Shown one piece after another: positions 20,758 through 31,272 of a DNA stretch of 64,000 nucleotides. The translations under genes were made by a program, and so were the position numbers. The notes under the pieces are model-generated. The model saw nothing but the letters and a program-made list of their open reading frames with translations, searched no databases and was not told where the DNA came from. Each line of letters opens with the position of its first letter. The stretch's first letter is position 1. The stretch is from Candidatus Dadabacteria bacterium (GTDB lineage: Bacteria; Desulfobacterota_D; UBA1144; Nemesobacterales; CSP1-2): contig CAWDVW010000003.1 of the NCBI GenBank assembly GCA_963805855.1, positions 1 through 64,000 of the forward strand, given 5' to 3'.

Positions 20758-21381
20758 ATGGTTAGATTTTTCCCAAGAGAAGAGAAGTTTTTTGATTACT
20801 TTAACGAGGCTTCCGAGAAAATCCTTGCGGGCATAAAACTTTTTAAGGAAATGATGCAAGATCTATCGACTGCAGCCGACCAGACGAAGAAGATAAAGGA
20901 AGTTGAACATGAAGCTGACCGTATAACCCATGAGACGATTTCCAAATTGCATCAAACATTTATAACACCTATTGATCGTGAATTTATACATTCCCTAATA
21001 AGCAGGATGGATGATATTCTTGACCTTATTTATGCTGCATCGGAAAGGGTCTTCTTATATAAAATAACGACATCAACTGCCCATGCGCTCTCCTTAATCG
21101 ATACACTGGAACGGGCCATCATAGAAGTGGCAAAGGGAGTAGAAGGGCTCCGTGACCTGAAGAACTCTAAATCGATTCTTAACATCTGTATCGAGATCCA
21201 TAGCCTTGAAAATGAGGGTGACAGGATCTTTAGAATTGCCCTGTCAGACCTGTTTAATTCTAATTTTGGTCCCACTGAGATAATTAAGTGGAAGGATATC
21301 TACGAGACGTTTGAAGAAGCGATTGACAAGTGTGAGGATGTGGCAAACATCTTGGAAGGAATAGTCCTCGGGAATGCATGA
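20758..21381 (+). CDS. DUF47 phosphate transport regulator
   Basis: EHEADRI, TFITPIDRE, LENEGD, DKCEDVA; overlaps the pit gene. Confidence 0.92.
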   Translation: MVRFFPREEKFFDYFNEASEKILAGIKLFKEMMQDLSTAADQTKKIKEVEHEADRITHETISKLHQTFITPIDREFIHSLISRMDDILDLIYAASERVFLYKITTSTAHALSLIDTLERAIIEVAKGVEGLRDLKNSKSILNICIEIHSLENEGDRIFRIALSDLFNSNFGPTEIIKWKDIYETFEEAIDKCEDVANILEGIVLGNA

Positions 21382-22366
21382 TACCCTCTTATTGACGGTC
21401 GTAGTAATAGTAATAGCGCTTTTATTCGATTTTACCAATGGCTGGAACGATGCTGCAAATTCAATAGCAACTGTGGTGTCAACAAGGGTTCTTTCTCCCC
21501 TCCAGGCAGTTCTCTTCGGTGCTACCTTAAATTTCGTTGGTGCTTATCTAAGCACAAAAGTCGCCAAGACAATCGGTGGAGATATCACCGATCCCAAAAC
21601 CATAACTCAGACGGTAATTCTCTCGGCGATGATAACTGCTTCCGGCTGGACGGCGATTATGACTCGTCTGGGGCTTCCCATAAGCGCGTCACATGCTTTA
21701 ATAGGTGGAATAATTGGGGCTACAATCTCATTTAAAGGTATTGCAGCCCTTAATATAGCCGGGGTAACGAAAATACTAATTGCGCTCGTTGTGTCCCCAA
21801 TCTTTGGTTTTGGAATTGGGTTCCTATTAATGTTCCTTATCGTCTTGTTATTTCATCGCTTTTCGCCATCATCAATTAACAGGGCTTTCGGAAAACTTCA
21901 GATTCTTTCCGCTGGTTTCATGGCTATCAGTCATGGCACCAATGACGCTCAGAAGGCAATGGGAGTGATCACAATGACCCTTGTCAGCGCAGGCTACCTC
22001 GATACTGTAGAGGTTCCAATCTGGGTAATTAGTGCTTCTGCAATCGTCATGGGACTCGGTACCGCATTTGGTGGATGGAAAGTTATTAAAACGCTTGGTG
22101 TAAATCTTCTCAAGATTAAACCGGTTCAGGGATTTGCTGCCGAGACCTCCGCATCTGTAGTGATTCTGGGTGCGGCGTCGCTGGGTGTCCCCGTAAGTAC
22201 GACACATGTGATTGCATCTGCGATTATGGGAGTTGGATCGACAACGAGATTTTCAGCCGTCAGATGGGGGATAGCGAGGGATATTGTTATCGCGTGGATT
22301 TTTACACTGCCAGTCTGTGCCTTAGTTGCAGGTATACTTTTTCAGTTAATCAATGTAATTTCTTAG
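21374..22366 (+). CDS. pit: Pit-family inorganic phosphate transporter
   Basis: NGWNDAANSIAT, HGTNDAQKAMG, PVSTTH signatures. Confidence 0.94.
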   Translation: MHDTLLLTVVVIVIALLFDFTNGWNDAANSIATVVSTRVLSPLQAVLFGATLNFVGAYLSTKVAKTIGGDITDPKTITQTVILSAMITASGWTAIMTRLGLPISASHALIGGIIGATISFKGIAALNIAGVTKILIALVVSPIFGFGIGFLLMFLIVLLFHRFSPSSINRAFGKLQILSAGFMAISHGTNDAQKAMGVITMTLVSAGYLDTVEVPIWVISASAIVMGLGTAFGGWKVIKTLGVNLLKIKPVQGFAAETSASVVILGAASLGVPVSTTHVIASAIMGVGSTTRFSAVRWGIARDIVIAWIFTLPVCALVAGILFQLINVIS

Positions 22367-22426
22367 ATATAAGTCAATCGGGAGTTCAGAAAGATAACAA
22401 CTTGTCAATTTATCAGTAAGCAGTTC

Positions 22427-22960
22427 GTGATATTTATAACTTTTATTATTTTGCTTAATTCCTGCTCGATAGCGAAATTTGCAAAGTACTATGCCGGGGC
22501 CGAATCCTATTCTTCTTCCGGTAGTCTCCATGGATTGTATTATGAGAAAGAGGATACCGCCTATATAATTGGCAGCTTACCGGACACGTGGAAAAAATTA
22601 GCGATAAAGGGCGGTGACTTGGCATTTTTGAATCCCGAGGACAATTCTACAGTTACGGTGAATTCGACGTGCGACAAGAATAAGATCAAATACAATCTAA
22701 AGGCGCTTTCTAACACTCTTTTAATCGGGATAGATGATAAGAAGTTGATAGAAAGCAGTGAGCGGACGGTAAGCGGTGAGGTTTCTCTTCAAAGAATATA
22801 TGAAGGCAATTTATCCGGTGTCCCTATAAAAATCAGCACTGTCGTAGTAAAAAAGGGTGACTGTATTTATGACATGTCATATTCATCGGCACGGGATAAT
22901 TTTGACAATTGGTTTGGAGAATTCAACGAATTCGTTTCACGATTTAAAATAATGAGCTGA
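22427..22960 (+). CDS. Putative lipoprotein upstream of mlaE (true start may lie slightly upstream)
   Basis: Lipobox LNSC; 5-nt gap to mlaE. Confidence 0.7.
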   Translation: MIFITFIILLNSCSIAKFAKYYAGAESYSSSGSLHGLYYEKEDTAYIIGSLPDTWKKLAIKGGDLAFLNPEDNSTVTVNSTCDKNKIKYNLKALSNTLLIGIDDKKLIESSERTVSGEVSLQRIYEGNLSGVPIKISTVVVKKGDCIYDMSYSSARDNFDNWFGEFNEFVSRFKIMS

Positions 22961-22965
22961 TTTAA

Positions 22966-23742
22966 ATGAAAGAATTTATATTAAATCTTGGCGGCTACTT
23001 TCTTTCAATACTTGAAAGTGTTGGAGATGTTGTAATCCTGTTTTACAGAACATTATACGCAAGTATTAGGCCTCCGTTTGATTTCCGGCTTGTGGTACAA
23101 GAGTTGGATGACATCGGATTTAAGTCAATTCCCATAGTAGTGGTCTCGTCTATAGCAATAGGAATGGTTATGGTTGTCCAGCTCGCTTGGGGATTCGCAT
23201 TCTTTGGCGCTAAAGGGGTGATTGGGCCGATTGTCACTCTTGCATTCGTGAGGGAATTGGGCCCCGTACTAGCGTCTCTTTTGGTAGCAGGTAGGGTAGG
23301 TTCGGGGATCACGGCTGAAATTGGGTCTATGCAGGTAACCGAGCAGATTGATGCCATTAGATCATTGGGTGCCGATCCGATAAAGAAGCTGGTAGTACCA
23401 AGATTTATTGCCGCATTGGTCTCGTTTCCGTTTCTTGCAGTAATCGCCGACCTCTCTGGCATGATCGGCGCAATGATCATGGCCGATATCGAGCTGGGAG
23501 TTAAGCCGAGGCTGTTTCTGTCGAGCATGGAAGGTTTTGTAACCCTGACCGACTTTTTCAGCGGGATTTTGAAAACCGTGTTTTTTGGAATTTTCGTTTC
23601 GATAATTGGTTGCTACGTGGGAATTAATACTGAGGGTGGCACTGAGGGTGTGGGGAGAGCTACGACTTTAACTGTGGTTATTTCGATGGTGCTCATTATA
23701 GTTGGGGATTTTTTCCTCACAAAGCTGTTTTTGATTCTGTAA
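22966..23742 (+). CDS. mlaE: MlaE-family ABC transporter permease
   Basis: RELGPVL..L.AGRVGS..TAEIGSM..TEQIDA, GGTEGVGRATT. Confidence 0.93.
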   Translation: MKEFILNLGGYFLSILESVGDVVILFYRTLYASIRPPFDFRLVVQELDDIGFKSIPIVVVSSIAIGMVMVVQLAWGFAFFGAKGVIGPIVTLAFVRELGPVLASLLVAGRVGSGITAEIGSMQVTEQIDAIRSLGADPIKKLVVPRFIAALVSFPFLAVIADLSGMIGAMIMADIELGVKPRLFLSSMEGFVTLTDFFSGILKTVFFGIFVSIIGCYVGINTEGGTEGVGRATTLTVVISMVLIIVGDFFLTKLFLIL

Positions 23743-23903
23743 TCGTTTTTCAGTTGAATGCGATGGATTGTATCGTCATTAAACCGTAATTTCGTTCCAG
23801 TCGGCGAGATTGCTTTCCTGGGAAATAACATTTGTAAAATTCTCCCAAGCAACTTTAGCCTCATTTGACAAAGGGTGTTAAATCAAGAAAATTAGCTTGA
23901 CGT

Positions 23904-25514
23904 TTGATGCCGAATTTATTAAAAAACCAACCGGGTGAGCCTTATTTCCAGGCCGCGTCGGGAACAGATTCTTACCCTAAAGATTTAGGTCCCTGGATTC
24001 TAGTTGCGACAATTCTGGGCACCAGCATGGCCTTTATCGATGGAACAGCTATCAATGTTGCTCTTCCCGTTATACAAAATGAGCTTAGTGCTACATTTGC
24101 TGGTGTTCAGTGGATGGTTGAGGCATACGCGCTTTTTATTGCGTCATTTATCTTGATTGGAGGAACCCTGGGCGATTACTTCGGTCGTCGCCGTATTTTT
24201 GCGATTGGAGTTGTGATATTTACCCTATCGTCAATCTGGTGTGGCTTTGCGCCTAATTCGGCACAACTGATTTTGGCGAGGGCTATTCAAGGAGTCGGTG
24301 GGGCACTTCTGGTGCCAGGAAGCCTTTCTATAATCAATTCCTCGTTCAGCGGCGGATTGAGAGGAAGGGCCATCGGCACGTGGTCCGGTTTCACTGCGAT
24401 TACGGCCGGGATGGGCCCTCTTTTGGGTGGATGGTTGGTCGAGAATATTTCGTGGCGCTGGGTCTTTTTTATAAATGTCCCTATTGCGTGCGTTGTTTTG
24501 ATAGTCTTATTTTCTAAGGTTCCCGAGACACGTAATGATGATGATACATTAAAACTAGACTGGATTGGTGCAGTCTTGACCACGGTCGGTTTTGGAGGGA
24601 TTGTCTATGGACTTATCGAGTCTTCGATTCTGGGTTTCGGTAACCCCTTCGTCATTGCTGCTTTGGTGATCGGTACAGTTTGTTTGACCCTATTCGTAAC
24701 TGTCGAGCGGTACAGCAAATCCCCTATGATGACTCTTCAACTGTTTCGATCCCGTTCGTTCAGTGCAGCAAATGTAATTACATTTTTAATGTATGCGACC
24801 ATGGGCGGGGCGCTATTCTTCGTACCATTCAATCTTATTCAGGTGCAGGGATACACGGCGACCGGCGCAGGAGCTGCGTGGATTCCTTTTGTATTATTAA
24901 TATTTTTACTGTCCAGGTGGGCCGGTGGTCTGGCCGGTAAACATGGTGGAAGAATACCGCTAGCAATAGGCGGTACGATCATTGCCATAGGGTATGTGCT
25001 CTTCGCATTACCCGGAATAGGCGGTAGTTATTGGTCAACGTATTTTCCCGCAATCTTCGTCTTGGGATTGGGCGCCGGTTTTAGTGCCGCCCCACTGTCT
25101 ACAGTTGTGATGGAATCAGTTGATGTAAGACAGTCCGGACTCGCATCGGGTATTAACAATGCCGTTTCAAGAATTTCAGGACTGCTTTCAATTGCAGTAC
25201 TCGGGATATTTGCCCTTCAGTCATTCAACAAGGGACTCGATACAAGGATTGTCGGCATCGGCATGACTCCCGATGCGATTGAGTATCTCGATACACAGAG
25301 AATCAAGCTTGCGGCGGCCGAGGTGCCTCCGGGGCTTTCCGCTAAATCGAGTCTAGCATTAAAAAGGGCCATTGCAGAGTCTTTTGTCGACGCATTTCGT
25401 GTTATTATGCTTATTTCGACCGGCCTTGCGATGGCGGCGGTTCTCACTGTCTTGATTTTTATTGATGGAGGTATTCGGGAACAGAAAATAGTGACCAATG
25501 ACCCTTACCTGTAG
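23904..25514 (+). CDS. MFS transporter, DHA2 (14-TM) drug:H+ antiporter type
   Basis: DGTAINVALP, GGTLGDYFGRRR, RAIQGVGGA, GPLLGGWL..SWRWVFFINVP. Confidence 0.92.
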   Translation: MMPNLLKNQPGEPYFQAASGTDSYPKDLGPWILVATILGTSMAFIDGTAINVALPVIQNELSATFAGVQWMVEAYALFIASFILIGGTLGDYFGRRRIFAIGVVIFTLSSIWCGFAPNSAQLILARAIQGVGGALLVPGSLSIINSSFSGGLRGRAIGTWSGFTAITAGMGPLLGGWLVENISWRWVFFINVPIACVVLIVLFSKVPETRNDDDTLKLDWIGAVLTTVGFGGIVYGLIESSILGFGNPFVIAALVIGTVCLTLFVTVERYSKSPMMTLQLFRSRSFSAANVITFLMYATMGGALFFVPFNLIQVQGYTATGAGAAWIPFVLLIFLLSRWAGGLAGKHGGRIPLAIGGTIIAIGYVLFALPGIGGSYWSTYFPAIFVLGLGAGFSAAPLSTVVMESVDVRQSGLASGINNAVSRISGLLSIAVLGIFALQSFNKGLDTRIVGIGMTPDAIEYLDTQRIKLAAAEVPPGLSAKSSLALKRAIAESFVDAFRVIMLISTGLAMAAVLTVLIFIDGGIREQKIVTNDPYL

Positions 25515-25621
25515 TGATTTCAAATTACTAACGGATGGGAATGGTTAGTTTGAGCGCGACGTTGTGCTTGGATATTTAAAGAAGAGTATGTCTATAATGA
25601 TGTGAGAGATCCTCAGAGGAG

Positions 25622-26071
25622 GTGTTTTATATGCTCAATAAATTCTTCGAAACGAGGGACGATGTTGGTTTGCTTATTGCGAGACTGGCTTTAGGAATAG
25701 TAATCCTGCCGCATGGTTTACAGAAGACTTTAGGCTTGCTTGGGGGAGCCGGGTTCTCTGGTACGATGGGATTTTTCACCCAACAAGGGTTGCCCTCCAC
25801 TATTGCATTTCTTGTCATAATGGCTGAGTCGTTTGGCGCGCTGGGACTTATAATAGGTTTTTTGAGCAGGCTCGGGGCGTTTGGGATAGGTTTGAATATG
25901 CTCGGCGCTATTTTTATGGTGCATTTATCCAATGGATTCTTCATGAACTGGTTTGGCACAAAACAGGGCGAAGGTTTTGAATATCATATACTGGCAATTG
26001 GACTGTGTTTGGTTGTATTGATTGGTGGAGGGGGCAAATGGTCAGTGGATAGGCTATTGGTCAAGGAATGA
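25622..26071 (+). CDS. DoxX family membrane protein
   Basis: R..LG...PHGLQK, NGFFMNWFG, GEGFEYH, GGGKWSVD. Confidence 0.9.
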   Translation: MFYMLNKFFETRDDVGLLIARLALGIVILPHGLQKTLGLLGGAGFSGTMGFFTQQGLPSTIAFLVIMAESFGALGLIIGFLSRLGAFGIGLNMLGAIFMVHLSNGFFMNWFGTKQGEGFEYHILAIGLCLVVLIGGGGKWSVDRLLVKE

Positions 26072-26380
26072 GATTGCTGTATATCGGTGTTTGTGTCCTG
26101 CTCGTCGATGTGGTTGTATTCGACGATGCGTTACTGATCGTTCGGTCTAGTTCGGGCCGAAATGCTGAGTTAAACCCTAGTGAAGAAATCTCCTAGCGAT
26201 GGGTTAAGCGCGCATCCCTTCGCACGGTCCGGTGCCGGCTTCGATAGATTGCCACGAATGACGGAGCCGACACTGAATGCATGCGAAGTGTCAGTTGCGA
26301 AAATGCCGATATAACATAAGTTGTGGGTAATATTCTAGTTTTAACGTACTTTGTTCCAAACCTTTTCCAAGGGGGACCGT

Positions 26381-26577
26381 TTAAATGGGCATTCAAAAAA
26401 TTTCCAAAATCAATTCCGAAAGCGTTAAAAAAAGTGACAATCATTAACGTCATCTCGAAGGAACAGAGTGACTGAGAGAACTAATCAACAATAGAAATAG
26501 ATATCTCGCACTTGCTCGATACGCAAGCGTTTTTTGACAGCCCTTGATTTTTGTTACTTTGTATCAAGACAAAGTAA
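26381..26577 (+). mobile_element. MITE-like dispersed repeat, copy B (central part replaced by another hairpin-type element)
   Basis: TTAAATGGGCATTCAAAAAATTTCCAAAATCAATTCCGAAAGCGTTAAAAAAA...CAGCCCTTGATTTTTGTTACTTTGTATCAAGACAAAG is near-identical at both ends to the reverse complement of 30345..30508. Confidence 0.75.
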
Positions 26578-26821
26578 ATATTGGAAAGCTTATGTTCAAT
26601 TTGAAATAAATGCTTATGGATTCTAGCCACGGAATATCTAACATCTGCAGCAATGAGATGCTTATTTGCTCCTGTTTAAAGCCGATCCCAATGACAGAGC
26701 AAGGGTCGCATTGACCGCAGTGAACTTCATTAATCCCTTTATTTGGATTATAATTTCCCCAATTTTCAAGATGCGTCGGTAACTCCTATCAAATCATACC
26801 TATAGATCGGGTGTAGATTCA

Positions 26822-28147
26822 TTGAGAGGGAAGTTGATGACTATTTATAACCTCGTTAGCTTTGTTGGGTTATTTGTGCTGCTTGGTGTCGCGTGGTTAA
26901 TGTCCACCGATAGACGGAATATAAACTTCAGGGTGATTATCTGGGGGTTGATTTTACAGATTGCTTTTGCTACTTTCATTTTTGTAATCCCGGCCGGTGC
27001 GACTTTTTTCTTATTCATTAACGATCTCGTCATAAAGGTTCTTGATTCAGCGTCAGCCGGAGCGAAGTTTCTTTTTGGCAGGCTTGCCATATCCCCGGGA
27101 GAGATCATCGGGCACGGTGAAGGCTCATTGGGGTTTTTTCTAGCTTTTCAGGTTTTTCCCGCGATAATCTTTTTCTCAGCCCTGATGTCGATTTTATACT
27201 ATTATAAAATCATGCCCGCGGTAATCAGGGGTTTTTCTTATGTGTTTACCCGCTTGATGAGGATATCCGGAGCCGAGTCACTGGTTGCGGCGAGCAACAT
27301 CTTCGTTGGGATTGAATCCGCATTAACCGTTAGGCCCTATCTTAGTGGGATGACCCGCTCGGAGTTCTGTACCGTTCTAACTGTCGGCATGGCTACCGTT
27401 TCATCCAGCGTTCTGGCTATATATATCTTCAGTCTTCAGAATGTTTTCCCTACAATCGCGGGCCATCTGATCTCTGCTTCCATCCTGTCGGCGCCGGCTG
27501 CAGTCGTCATGTCCAAAATAATGTTGCCCGAGAGTGAGGTTCCGAAGACTCTTGGAGTTCAGATCAAGCCAGATTACCAGAATGAAGATACCTTGTTCGA
27601 GGCGATTATAAACGGGTCGAACAACGGAGTTAAGCTAATTGTGGGGATCGCGGCACTGCTGATCGCCGTTTTGGGACTGGTTTCACTCATCGATTTGGTG
27701 ATCGGTGGAATCGGTGGGAAGGTTAACCTTTTCACCGGCCTGCATATAGATTGGTCTCTACAGGGGCTTCTCGGGTACTTGTTCTATCCGTTTACAATCG
27801 TGATCGGAGTCCCAATCTCCGACGCCTATAACATCTCGAAGATCATTGGCGAGAGGGTAGTTGTCACCGAAGTGGTCTCATACCAGGATTTGGCTGACCT
27901 AATAAAGGACGGCTTATTATCCAACCAGCGATCTATAATAGTAGCGACTTATGCATTATGTGGATTTGCCCACCTTGCTTCGATGGCAATTTTTGTGGGT
28001 GGAATTTCAGCCCTTGCCCCTGACAAAAAGGGTGTCATAGCTGGAGTTGGGTTTCGCGCACTCATAGCCGCGACTCTTGCGTGCATGATGACAGCTTGTG
28101 TCGCCGGAATATTCATTTACGGCGATTCAGCTCCGATCATTAAGTAA
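26822..28147 (+). CDS. nupC: Concentrative nucleoside transporter (NupC/CNT family); ATG 26837 is an alternative start
   Basis: FLAFQVFPAIIFFSAL, ISGAESL...NIFVG, GMATV, HLISAS..SAPA, TYALCGFAH. Confidence 0.92.
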   Translation: MRGKLMTIYNLVSFVGLFVLLGVAWLMSTDRRNINFRVIIWGLILQIAFATFIFVIPAGATFFLFINDLVIKVLDSASAGAKFLFGRLAISPGEIIGHGEGSLGFFLAFQVFPAIIFFSALMSILYYYKIMPAVIRGFSYVFTRLMRISGAESLVAASNIFVGIESALTVRPYLSGMTRSEFCTVLTVGMATVSSSVLAIYIFSLQNVFPTIAGHLISASILSAPAAVVMSKIMLPESEVPKTLGVQIKPDYQNEDTLFEAIINGSNNGVKLIVGIAALLIAVLGLVSLIDLVIGGIGGKVNLFTGLHIDWSLQGLLGYLFYPFTIVIGVPISDAYNISKIIGERVVVTEVVSYQDLADLIKDGLLSNQRSIIVATYALCGFAHLASMAIFVGGISALAPDKKGVIAGVGFRALIAATLACMMTACVAGIFIYGDSAPIIK

Positions 28148-28176
28148 CAATTTACTGCCAATCGTAACATTTCCTA

Positions 28177-28236
28177 TTGACATTCGGAAAATCAGTCGCA
28201 TTATAAGAACATACGTACGTTTGAAACGAATGTTTG
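28177..28236 (+). promoter_or_regulatory. Promoter with tandem PsrA-like operators upstream of the TetR gene
   Basis: TTGACA at 28177; overlapping CATAC-N4-GTTTG and GAAAC-N4-GTTTG at 28210..28236. Confidence 0.6.
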
Positions 28237-28264
28237 TATTAAATATCGATTCAGGGAGGTACAA

Positions 28265-28895
28265 ATGACTGGAATCACTACCAGGGCGAACCTGCTAGAT
28301 ACTGCAGAACGGTTGTTTGCAGAGAGCGGGGTGAAGGAAACATCCGTAAGGGAAATAACCAAAGCTGCGGGGTCTCACCTGGCTTCGGTTAACTATCACT
28401 TCAATACAAAGTATGGGTTGATTCGAGCCGTCATATCAAGGCGAATAGGACCACTGAAGAAGAGACGCTTTGAAATGTTGGATGAGTATGAGGCAGGCGA
28501 GGTTGGTGATAATGCTGTGCCCGTTGAGAAGATCATGTATGCGCTTGTTGCCCCGAGCATGGAGCTTTATTTAAAGAACCCTCATTTTCTCCGCTTCGCA
28601 GGGCGCATGATATCTGATCCGGATAAGACGATTCGGCGAATCTTTATTTCTGAGCTTGATCCGGTTTTTTTCAGGATTAAAGATCTGTTGACAAAGGGTG
28701 CTACCGGAAATACCGGAAGCCGAGATCATGTGGCGGATACATTTCACGATTGGAGCACTGATCCATACATGGACTAACCATTCCGATCTCGAGCTGCGAT
28801 CGGGCGGTGTCTGTGATATTACGAACGAGGCGGAAATGGTTGATCGACTTGTAACCTTTTGTACTGCGGGGCTTAAGGCGCCTTTGCATAAATAA
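28265..28895 (+). CDS. TetR/AcrR family regulator (PsrA-like), one frameshift near 28693
   Basis: HTH LLDTAERLFAE.G...SVREIT..AG..LASVNYHF. An extra G in aagggtg separates it from the C-terminal frame LPEIPEAEIMWRIHFTIGAL...LVTFCTAGL. Confidence 0.85.
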
Positions 28896-28963
28896 TTTGG
28901 GATGTTTGAAGGATCACTGAAGTCAAATAATTCATTACAAATGCCGGTTAGGGAGAAAGTACA

Positions 28964-30157
28964 ATGTTGAAGGATCGTAGATTAAGGGGAATTTTCTATG
29001 AATTTACCAAGATCCATTTTGATTCATTCGATGAAGCATTCTCTTCCTTCGAATCAGACGGGGTGCTCGGCAGCGAGCCGGGGATGGATGTTGAAACGTT
29101 TGATACTACGGAAAGTTCTGAGCAGCTTGATCGATTCAGGAGAAATGATCTCAGACTTATGAATGCATATTTTAAAGAGGTTGGCACGGTGCCACTGCTG
29201 AGCCATGAAAAAGAGGTGGAAGTTGCTGTCAAGATCAAGAAATGTGAAGAGATGGCCCAAGGGGTCGAGCGTCTGATACGGAAAGAACTCGGCGGTGATA
29301 TTGATGCTAAGAGCGTTCAAAAGGATTCAGTGTTTCTCACTGATTCCGGTTTAGCCTATTCTGAGGTTTGCCCATGCTCCAAGAAGCTTCTAAGGTTATT
29401 TAAGCTTTTTGAGGTATTTTCGAAAAAGGCTATTCAATACAGAAATGGATTTATTAAAGCGAACCTGAGGCTTGTAGCAAGTATTGCGAAGAAATACGAA
29501 GGGCGGGGTGTTCCATTCCTTGATTTACTACAGGAGGGAAATGTGGGCCTTATAACCGCGGTCATGAAGTTTGACCACACGAAGGGCTGGAGGTTTTCGA
29601 CTTATGCATGTTGGTGGATAACACAGGCCATGACCAGAGCGATCTACAATCAGACAAGAACTGTAAAGATTCCTACCTATGTATTAGAAAAATCGGCGAG
29701 GATCAGGGAAGCGCGATCTCGACTTGAGAAAAAAAACGGGAGGAGACCAGTTGCTGAAGAAATTGCAAGAGAGGCGGATATGACAGTTAATGCTGTAAAG
29801 AGGGCGATGAAGGCTAGTGAGAACGCCATTTGCCTCGATTCCCCTGTCATAGGGAGCGAAAGCACGACTTTGATGGACATTTTTAAAGATCAAAAATTCC
29901 GTCCTCCTGATTCTTTGATTGCTGAAGCTTTGATTCCAAAGAGCGTTGCTGATGCGCTACAGGTGCTTGATAGTAGAGAGAGGGAAATTATCAAGTTGAG
30001 GTTTGGGATAGGCTTTGAAACCACATGTACTCTCGGGCAGATAGGAACAATGTTAAACTTAACAAAAGAGAGGGTGAGACAAATTGAGAGACATGCACTA
30101 AAAAAGCTTAAAAGGTCACGATCAGCTAAGACGCTAAGGAGTTTGATTGAAGCCTGA
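28964..30157 (+). CDS. RpoD/RpoS-like sigma70 factor without region 1.1 (group 2-like)
   Basis: Region 1.2 YFKEVG..PLL, region 2 ANLRLVASIAKKY..DLLQEGNVGL..RFSTYACWWI, region 4 LTKERVRQIE. Confidence 0.92.
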   Translation: MLKDRRLRGIFYEFTKIHFDSFDEAFSSFESDGVLGSEPGMDVETFDTTESSEQLDRFRRNDLRLMNAYFKEVGTVPLLSHEKEVEVAVKIKKCEEMAQGVERLIRKELGGDIDAKSVQKDSVFLTDSGLAYSEVCPCSKKLLRLFKLFEVFSKKAIQYRNGFIKANLRLVASIAKKYEGRGVPFLDLLQEGNVGLITAVMKFDHTKGWRFSTYACWWITQAMTRAIYNQTRTVKIPTYVLEKSARIREARSRLEKKNGRRPVAEEIAREADMTVNAVKRAMKASENAICLDSPVIGSESTTLMDIFKDQKFRPPDSLIAEALIPKSVADALQVLDSREREIIKLRFGIGFETTCTLGQIGTMLNLTKERVRQIERHALKKLKRSRSAKTLRSLIEA

Positions 30158-30344
30158 GATAAGGTCTCTGTTGCAGGTTTGCAATAACGGAATCTTTGAA
30201 GCAATTGTGGTGCTAGACATTTCGTGGACAAAATCCAAAAAGAAATAAACGTGCTGAGAATTTACTAGTCCGTCGTCCTGAAATGTTCCCCGTCACTTAA
30301 ATGGGGAGACAAGCTTTATCGAGGATCCATTGTTTAATTTTTTA

Positions 30345-30508
30345 TTTTCTTTGTCTTGATACAAAGAAACAAAAATCAAGGGCTGACAAAAAATTAGGAA
30401 TTATAAAATCAATTCCTTCAGCTAAAAATATTTAATCCAACCACAACCCTAAATCTTTTTTTAACGCTTCCGGAATTGATTTTGGCAATTTTTTGAATGC
30501 CCATTTAA
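30345..30508 (-). mobile_element. MITE-like dispersed repeat, copy C
   Basis: Reverse complement matches both ends of copy B and the centre of copy A; lies between the convergent sigma and mtgA genes. Confidence 0.75.
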
Positions 30509-30573
30509 AATCTAAGATACTGTCCCCGAATTATATAACATCTCCGGCAATGCCATGCGAGGCAAAGTGTAAA

Positions 30574-31272
30574 TCACGGGTCCTTGGTAAGTCCATTGGG
30601 ATTTCCAATTTTATCCATCTGTTCCCTTATCCACTGTTGCCTTTTGTTTACATAAGAAGAGGGATTTATGGGAGACATTCTGCGCGGGCTCGGAAGTATC
30701 GCGGCCAGTAGCGCCGCTTCATCCTTTGTGAGTTTGCTTGCCGGCTTTCCAAAATAGGTTCGTGAGGCCGTTTCTGCCCCATATATTCCCTTTCCCAACT
30801 CGACTACATTGAGATACACCTCAAGTATTCGTTTTTTGCTCCAGAATGTCTCAATCAAGACCGTGAAATAGGCTTCTGCCCCTTTTCGAAGCCATGAGCG
30901 TTCCGGCCAGAGGAATACATTTTTTGCTACCTGCTGGGTGATCGTGCTGGCGCCTTTAATCCTATCATCGCTTATGTTATTGATTGCCGCTCCCTTGATG
31001 GCATTGAAATCGAAGCCGTGGTGTTCGAAAAATTTCTGATCTTCAGCAGCCACCACTGCCAAAGCCATGTTCTCTGAAATTGAATCATAGTCCTTCCAGG
31101 TCTTAACGATTCGTCTACTTTTGCCTCCACTTTCGAGATACCGTATCACCATCAATGGGGTGAGGGGAGGGTTCACGTATCGGTAGAGAAGAACCCAGGA
31201 GGTCGTGATGATGAATAGAAGTAAGATGATTTTTAATACGAATCGAGAAACATTCTTGACGAGCTTTTTCAT
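30574..31272 (-). CDS. mtgA: Monofunctional peptidoglycan transglycosylase
   Basis: AAEDQKFFEHHGFD, GASTITQQVAKN.FLW, RKGAEAY, KKRILEVYLN. Confidence 0.95.
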   Translation of the reverse strand: MKKLVKNVSRFVLKIILLLFIITTSWVLLYRYVNPPLTPLMVIRYLESGGKSRRIVKTWKDYDSISENMALAVVAAEDQKFFEHHGFDFNAIKGAAINNISDDRIKGASTITQQVAKNVFLWPERSWLRKGAEAYFTVLIETFWSKKRILEVYLNVVELGKGIYGAETASRTYFGKPASKLTKDEAALLAAILPSPRRMSPINPSSYVNKRQQWIREQMDKIGNPNGLTKDP

